DNA from: Geosiphon pyriformis uo1
Taxonomy: Eukaryota; Fungi; Glomeromycota
Assembly: GCA_016748015.1 (NCBI GenBank)
Contig: JAAOMT010000759.1
Location: forward strand, 1-19,176
Direction: 5' to 3'
Length of the DNA stretch: 19,176 nucleotides
Each line of letters starts with the position of its first letter. The stretch's first letter is position 1. A model generated the notes under the pieces. It did no database searches, had not been told where the DNA came from, and saw nothing but the letters and a program-made list of their open reading frames with translations. This document shows, one piece after another, positions 12,164 through 19,176 of this stretch. A program made the position numbers and the translations under genes.

Positions 12164-12459
12164 ACAACCCCTTCAGCACCAAAGCAGAACCAGGAAGAAA
12201 AACAATCAGAAGAATCAGATGATGAAGAGAGCAACAAAGAAGAAGAACAAAAAAAACAAGAAGAAACTGCTAAACTCACTTATATCACCTTCACCAGCAA
12301 TGGCAAGCCACTAGACAATATCAAAGCTGACAGAAAAGGAATCATTATGAGCCCTACTATGATATCCTCAGAAGAATCTTTGACCAAAAACCTGGCAAAA
12401 AAGCCAAGTACAGATATTGGTGACATGGTTCTTGTGCCTGGTGCTGGTGCAATCAACCT

Positions 12460-14013
12460 TTGTATTCTTCAAGTGATAAATGCAAATCATGCCTGATCTA
12501 TTACAAAAATTGGAAACCAATCAGTTTAATATCTAGAAAAGAATTGAAAAAAGTCCAGAAGTCCTTTGAAAATGAACCACCTGAAATCCAATCATTAATT
12601 GTAGAACAAAGAGAACTCTCCCCAGAAGAAAGAAAGATAGACATTAAAAATTTGTTGGCTAGAAACAGCCCAGTTATCTCAAAAAAAGATAATACCTCAG
12701 GACAAATCCATGTGATACAACACACCATTACCACCAGAGAAACCCACCCCATCTATTTGAAGCCTTATCAATCCAATTACCACAATGATGAGTTCATCAA
12801 GAAAGAAATAAAACGAATGAAAAATCTTGGATTTATACAAAAAACCAAGAGTGAATAGACATTCCCAGTTGTAGTGGTATCCAAGAAAGGTGGAACTCTA
12901 TGCTTCTGTATCAATTATTGCCAATTAAATGCCATTACAGAAAGAGACATGTACTTACTTCCCAAAATTGATGCAATGTTAGATCAATTCAAAGATGCTG
13001 CTTTCTTCTTAACTATTGACTTAACTGCTAGATTCTGGCAAGTAAAGATGAATCCAGAAAGTCAGAAGAAAACTGCCTTTATCACCAAGTATAGCACATA
13101 TGAATTCACAGTCATGCCTTTTGGTCTTACCAATGCCTTTCTCACATTTCAACACTTAATGGACAAAGTATTTGAATCAGTAAAAAAAAACTTTGTTCTG
13201 GTCTATTTAAACGACATAATGGTATATTCAAAAACCTGGAATGAACATCTTGAGCATTTACAGAAAGTTTTTGATCTTCTTAGAAATGCAGGCCTCAAGA
13301 TCAACCCAATCAAATCTTTCTTTGAAAGACAATCCACCCAATTTCTTGGCTATCTTATTACAAAAGATGAAATCTTCCCTGATCCAGCCAAAGTAGAAAA
13401 AGTTCAGAACATAAGACAATCAATAAATGTTCATAAATTACACTCTTTTCTTGGTTTGGCCTTCTATTATTGCAAATTTGTTAAGGATTTCTCCAAAATT
13501 GCCTTTCCACTCAATCAGCTACTCAGAAAAAACGTCAACTACTATTGGGACATACACTAGCAAAAAGCTTTTGAAACTTTAAAGGAAAAACTAGTCACCA
13601 AACCAATTCTCAAGCAACCTGATTTGGATCAACTTTTTATCCTCTACACTGATGTATCTGGCTATAGACTTGGTGCTGTTCTGTTACAAAAAGATGAAGA
13701 TGGCAGAAAGCATGCAATAGCATATGCCAGCAGAACTCTTACCCCAGCAGAAAAAAACTATTCAGTTACTGAGCAGAAATGCTTAGCAGTAGTTTGGGCT
13801 ACCAGTTATTGGGATAAGTATCTCCTTAGTGTGAAGTTTTTGGTGGTAACAGATCACCAAGCTTTGGTTTGGCTGCACAACAAGAAAAGGCTAGAACATA
13901 AACTGATAGCTCACTGGATACTCCACTTAAACGAATTCGATGATAATATTCAATATCGCAAAAAAGCTAATCATCAAAATGCTGACACTTTTTCCAAACT
14001 CACCACCAAGTAA
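12460..14013 (+). pseudogene. pol: Reverse transcriptase and RNase H, disrupted
   Basis: RT: HTITTRETHPI, KKGGTLCFCINY, KTAFIT, VMPFGLTNA, VYLNDI (YxDD with D>N), FLGY. RNase H: YTDVSGYRLGAVL, YASRTL, EKNYSVTEQKCLAVVWA, TDHQAL, HQNAD. In-frame stops at 12856 and 13558. Confidence 0.96.
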
Positions 14014-14072
14014 CAGTATAATCATCCCAAACCAAACCAACTTAATTATTAATAACTCCCCCACAAACAAAC

Positions 14073-15477
14073 ATGATAATAGACTTGGACACTTACTCTG
14101 CCTTAATGGAATTTTTGGGTAAAAGACAATACCCACCAGAATACACATGACAGCAAAGAAAACATTTGTGCAAACAATCAAAATTCTATTTGATTTGCCA
14201 AAACCAGTTATATAAAAGAAATAGAAAAGTTTAAATCAGAGTTTGAATCTGAGTTGGAATTGGTATTGTTGTTGTTGCCATATTGAACGGAGTTATATAA
14301 AAAAAATAGAAAAAATCCTGACCGCTCTTAAAGAGTCATTAGATTTGAAGAAAGAGAAATTGTGATCTATAACATGCACACTGATCCATTAGCTGGACAC
14401 TTTGGAAAGACTAAAACAATCCAGAAAACTTTAACTCACTATTATTGGCCTACCTTGGGAAAAGACATTGCTGAGTACATCAAAACCTGTGACACTTGCC
14501 AAAGAAAAAGAAAACCCAATTGCAAAAAAGATATTCATCTAATCTTTGTTAGCCAACTATTTGACAGAATTGGTATAGATATTGTTGGATCTTTAACAAT
14601 AACTCCTGATGGGAACAGATATATTATCACAGCTACCAACTATCTTACAAAGTGAGTAGAAGCAAGAGCCACCCCAGATCAAACAGCAGTCTCAATAGCC
14701 AATTTCATTTATGAAGATATTATTTGTCATCATGGCTGCCCAAAAAAACTATTATTTGATAGAGGAAGAGCTTTTCTCAGTACTCTGGTTGAAGAACTTT
14801 GTAGAAAAATGAGAATACGTCACAAACTTTCCTCCTCTTATCACCCCCAAATAAATGGCTTAGTGGAACATTTTAATAAAACACTATGTGAAACCTTAGC
14901 CAAAACCAGTGAAGAAACAAACTTATGGAACAAAGTACTGTTTTCAGCTTTGTTTGCTTATAGAACTGTGAATCATGACATAACAAGTTATGAACCCTTT
15001 TATCTGCTCTATAGATGAATGGCAACACTACCAATAGAAACTAACATTGAGATGATACCCTTTGAAAAAATCACAATAAAAAATTACAAAGACATTTTGC
15101 AAAGAAGACTTGGTACCATTCTAGACTCATTGGTATAAACACGAATAATTGCCTTTGAAAAGATAAAACAGTTCCAAGAAAAGCTTAAGAAAAAGAAAAC
15201 TTATAAAACACTTTTTTTAAGTATTGGTAACTTGGTATTAGAATATCGTTCAGATAGAGACAATATCTATGGTAATAAATTTTCTAGCCGATGGAAAGGA
15301 CCCTTTTTAATAAACAAAATTTTAAACAATAGTTCTTATATCCTACAAGATCAATATAGAACAATATTCAATGATTGCTCTGTTTATGGCACACAACTCA
15401 AGAAATATCACAAACAATCTGATTGGTTACCTGTTGTGATAATACTGACCCAAGTGATCAGCAAAAATCAGATATAA
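14073..15477 (+). pseudogene. Integrase (HHCC zinc finger, DDE core, GPY/F), apparently its own ORF
   Basis: ATG 14073 MIIDLDTYSALMEFL...LYKRNRK; HTDPLAGHFG...CDTCQ; GIDIVG; DRGRAF; YHPQINGLVEHFNKTL; RWKGPF. Contains stops and an 85-bp insertion. No chromodomain seen. Confidence 0.92.
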
Positions 15478-15481
15478 ATAA

Positions 15482-16084
15482 ATGTACTATTCCCAAAACA
15501 AAGGTATCTTCAATCGACATGAACAATTATTTTCTGAATCAAAATATACAAAATGCCTTCTATACTCTTCATAAGTATTAGATCAAAAACTATCCAAATG
15601 CTACTTTGACCATTGGAAAACAAACCACCATAACTGATAACAGTGGAATACATACTGTTATTAGACTAAAGAAAACAACTACCAGAAGAGAAAAAATTGG
15701 TAGCAAAATAGATAAGATCTGCTAGAAAGCATAACAGCAGTGATATTTGCACCTTTTAACACCATTGGAAAATCAATCAAAGAAATCTTGCCCATAGACA
15801 AAAACTTGTCATATAGAAGACAACTAGAGCTCTATGGTCGACTTGGTAAAATTATAGAAGACATGAAGCTGATGAAAAAAACAACTTCTGAAATACAAGT
15901 GGAAATTTTGGGCATTATATGATTAGATATCCCAAGAGTTTTGACCATTGCAAAAAGAGCCAAAACTCTTATACAAAGGTTTGATCTCTTAGATACAAAG
16001 CTCATTTTGCTTCAAGTTCTATACACTTTATCTACAAAAGACTTCAACAAACTAGTTAGCTTTGAGTTAGATAAAACCCTTTAA
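15482..16084 (+). pseudogene. Additional ORF3 (about 200 codons, unknown function) between integrase and PPT
   Basis: Single frame from ATG 15482 (MYYSQNKGIFNRHEQLF) to TAA 16082-16084 (...SFELDKTL*). All internal stops are compatible with single transitions. The left-arm copy has Q where this copy has TGA at 15920. Confidence 0.68.
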
Positions 16085-16132
16085 TTAGAATATCCCATAA
16101 ATAGTTTGATTTCACCAGAGCTCAATCTCTTT

Positions 16133-16143
16133 GAAGAGGATGA
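16133..16143 (+). promoter_or_regulatory. Polypurine tract
   Basis: GAAGAGGATGA abuts the 3' LTR; the left-arm copy reads GGAGAGGATGA. Confidence 0.75.
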
Positions 16144-16855
16144 TGTTATGGTTGAAACTCATAGTTTTTATTAGTTATTGCATGTATTAACCATTGATGT
16201 TATATAATTAGCCACTTTATTTTTAGATATTGATCATTGACCTGATCAATAATCTGACTATTGACCTGACCATTGACCTGATCATTGACCTGATTATTGA
16301 CTTGATCATTGATTTGGTTGTTGACCACTTTCAATAGCTATATAAGTGATGAGTCTCTTAGCTGTAGAAAAGCATGTAATAACAAACATCTGAATAATTA
16401 AGAATAAATAAAATAACAACTTTCATCTCAATTCTTCTCTTATCGCTAATTTTTCTTTTCCTATCTTCAAGTATCTGAACATTTTAAAGATAAAAGATTA
16501 CTTGTTGGCCTTTTCTTGACATATATAATTGTAGTATTTGAAGATTATTTGAATAAACATGACTGAAAAACACAAGTTAATACTTGATATTAAATTCTAA
16601 AAGTGCTAACATGAAACATAGAATTATACCAGTGGTAATCAATTGTTGACAGTACAGACTATTTTTCTACCTTCAGATTCCCCAGTTATCTTTGAAAAGA
16701 ATAGCGACTAAAATATTTTATGAGACTGATCTCGCACATTGAATCCATACTCATTCAATTTGCTCTTTGAAGTTGAATTCCCTTTGATTATTTTCATTAC
16801 CTTACAATTCTGTTCTTCCTTGTTATCCATTAGCTTGTTACTTCAATCCATAACA
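16144..16855 (+). repeat. 3' LTR (712 bp)
   Basis: TGTTATG...CATAACA with 7 full 12-bp units, 36 bp shorter than the 5' LTR. Followed by TSD ATAT. Confidence 0.96.
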
Positions 16856-19176
16856 ATATAAATACTTACTAATTTAGTTTTATTGAATTTAAAAAATAAT
16901 TTTAATCTAAATTTTTGGTATTTTTTTTATATTAAAATTATTCTTAAATATTATATAATTAAAACTTTTACAAATTGAATATTATATTAAATTTAATTTA
17001 GTCTAATTCAAATTAAATTTTTAATAAACAATTTTTATAATTAAAAACAAATAATAATACACTTAATATAAACATATATAATTAGATAATAATTAATAAT
17101 ACAGGTTTTTTTTACCAAAAAAACTAAAAAATTTTACAAATTATATATAATTGTTTTTATTAATAAAGTATAATAAAATTTTATAAAAATTTTTTATTTT
17201 TTATAATATTTTGTTTATCTTAATCTTAGTTATACAATTAATATTTTTTTTAATTAAAATTATTTAATTATTTTTAATTAAATTAATTTGATTTAATTTG
17301 GTAAATTTTATTATAGTTTTTTGCCAAAGTATTATTAATAGTATCTTAATTGACTTAATTTTGCCAAATTTAACAATACAAATTACACAGTTTTAAAAAA
17401 TGTTTTCAATAATATTTTTTTTAAGATTACTTTTTAATTTGTACAAATATTAAGCTTTTTGTAATTGGTATTTATTATTATATTATTTTTATTAACCAAC
17501 TTTATTGCTTTCAATGTATTAAATTTAAATATAAATATTACTTTAATAATTTTTTTAAAACTATTTACAGTTATGTAAATTTTTCTGAAAAAACTTGTTA
17601 TTAATTATCAAAAAATTAATATTTAAAGCATAAAATTTCTTAATAAAAACTTTTTCAAAAAAGATAATTTAAAAAAAAGTAAAAAAACATATTTAAATTA
17701 TTATTATTAATAATAAATTAAATTTTTTCTAAAAATTTTGCAATTATTTTTTTAATTACAATTTTAAGTATTTTAAATATATTTATATTAATAATATTTA
17801 CTTTATTATGATTATTAGTTTTAAAGTTTGTTTTTTCTATTAAATGCTTATTTTTTATGTTTATATTTTTAAATTTTGTTATATTATTAATATTAATATC
17901 TTAATGTTTACTTTTTAATAATACAAACTTATTAAATAAAAAATTTTTTACTATTACTAAGTTTTTATAATTCTATTTTTTTATTTTTTTTTAAAAGTTA
18001 AAGTATTATTAATAATATTAAAATTTCAGCTTTTTATATTTTTTTATATCTATTATATTACTAATACTGTTAACAGTTTTGAATTTGAGCAAAAAAATTT
18101 TAGTTTTATTAAATAAAAATAATAAAATAATTAATAAAATAAAGAAAAAAAACTATTTTTTTTTCTAAATTTTTTTCTAAATTTTTATCTTTAAAAACCA
18201 AAAAAAGTTATTTTAATTATAGAAACGAAATTATTTATGTTATAATATTCGCATATTTATTAAAAATAAATTTAAAAATATTAGGAAAATTAAATAATTT
18301 AATATTTAATATAAAGTTAATTTTATATATACAGTTATTTTTTTATTAAAAATATAATTTAATGTATTTAATTTGTTATTAATTAAATATAAAATTTTTG
18401 TTTAATAATATTTTTATATTATTATTATTAAAAAAAATTAGTTTATTAATAAATTATTGAAAATAATTAAGTTAAAATAATAAATAAAGCTTTGTTTAAT
18501 GATAAAATTTTATTATTATTATATATGTTTTATGTATATTGTAAATAAAAAATTATGTTTGGTTGCATAATTAAAAAATTACAAATTAAACCAAAATTAT
18601 TTAATAAAAATTATTTAAAATTTAATTTATAAAAACTAATTAATATTTTTAATTATCAAAAACTTTATAACTTAAATAAATATTTTAAAAAAAAACACAA
18701 AATTTCAAACTGTTAAAAATTGTGTAAACTTAAATAATATATACTCAATAAATAAAATTAATACTATAAAATACTTAAATTAAAGTTTACAGATGTTTTA
18801 AGTAAAAATTTATTGTTATTTTGTATAAGCTTGTGTATTTTGCTTTAATTAATTAATTAGCAGTTATTAATTGTTTTAATATAATTAAACCAAAAAATTT
18901 TAAATTCAATTAAAAAAAAATTTTTATATATTAAACTTAAATAAAATGATAATTAAATAAAAAGATTTATAATAATTATTTAAAATTAATTTTTTTAATT
19001 TTTAAAAATAAAAAATAAAACAATTTATTAACCAAACTTAAAAAAAAAATAATGAGTTAATACTTCTATCTTTGTAATTCTAATTACTTATATGCTTTCT
19101 GTCTATAATAAAAAAATTTTTTGGAAGAAATTAGAGTGCTATTTAGTGCTTAAATGTTTTTTTTTCAGCATAAGTG

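Larger units (their letters stand above)
8999..16855 (+). mobile_element. Full-length inactivated Ty3/Gypsy LTR retrotransposon (about 7.86 kb)
   Basis: Two direct LTRs TGTTATG...CATAACA; 4-bp TSD ATAT (8995-8998 and 16856-16859); domain order gag-PR-RT-RH-IN. Confidence 0.97.
15731..19176 (+). repeat. Right arm of long inverted repeat; may extend beyond the window
   Basis: Reverse complement of 43-2916, with an extra 315-bp segment at 17386-17700. Confidence 0.95.

Noticed and set aside
14010-14082. GT...AG intron joining RNase H to integrase
   Set aside because: Splicing these sites does not put integrase in frame.
10403-14181. Short antisense or alternative-frame ORFs (10403, 10521, 10780, 11824, 12126, 12501, 13927, 13940)
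   Set aside because: Shadows of gag/pol coding sequence with no independent evidence.
15482-16084. Classical env gene or chromodomain
   Set aside because: No signal peptide, transmembrane helix or chromodomain motif recognised.
43-19176. Polinton/Maverick, DIRS (inverted LTR) or Starship element
   Set aside because: No protein-primed DNA polymerase, ATPase, capsid or tyrosine recombinase. The retroelement has direct LTRs, a DDE integrase and its own TSD.

Overview
Very AT-rich, gene-free eukaryotic repeat region, probably fungal. The retroelement proteins resemble those I recall from Glomeromycota such as Geosiphon; this is an inference. No intact host gene is present. The window contains: (1) a complete but mutationally dead Ty3/Gypsy LTR retrotransposon (8999-16855, + strand) with TG...CA LTRs, an ATAT target-site duplication (TSD), candidate PBS and PPT, and an unusual layout of gag-PR-RT-RNase H, an apparently separate integrase ORF and a third ~200-codon ORF of unknown function; (2) a 5'-truncated pogo/Tigger (CENP-B/DDE_1) DNA transposon (about 2917-4675) with a decayed transposase and one surviving terminal inverted repeat (TIR); (3) an older degenerate LTR of the same lineage (7514 to about 8120); (4) a tandem duplication across a 20-N gap. 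(5) The whole block is bracketed by a diverged inverted repeat (43-2916 vs 15731-19176) whose arms include the retroelement's 3' LTR, the ORF3 tail and the same flank. Divergence between copies is almost all C>T/G>A transitions plus indels bounded by short direct repeats.
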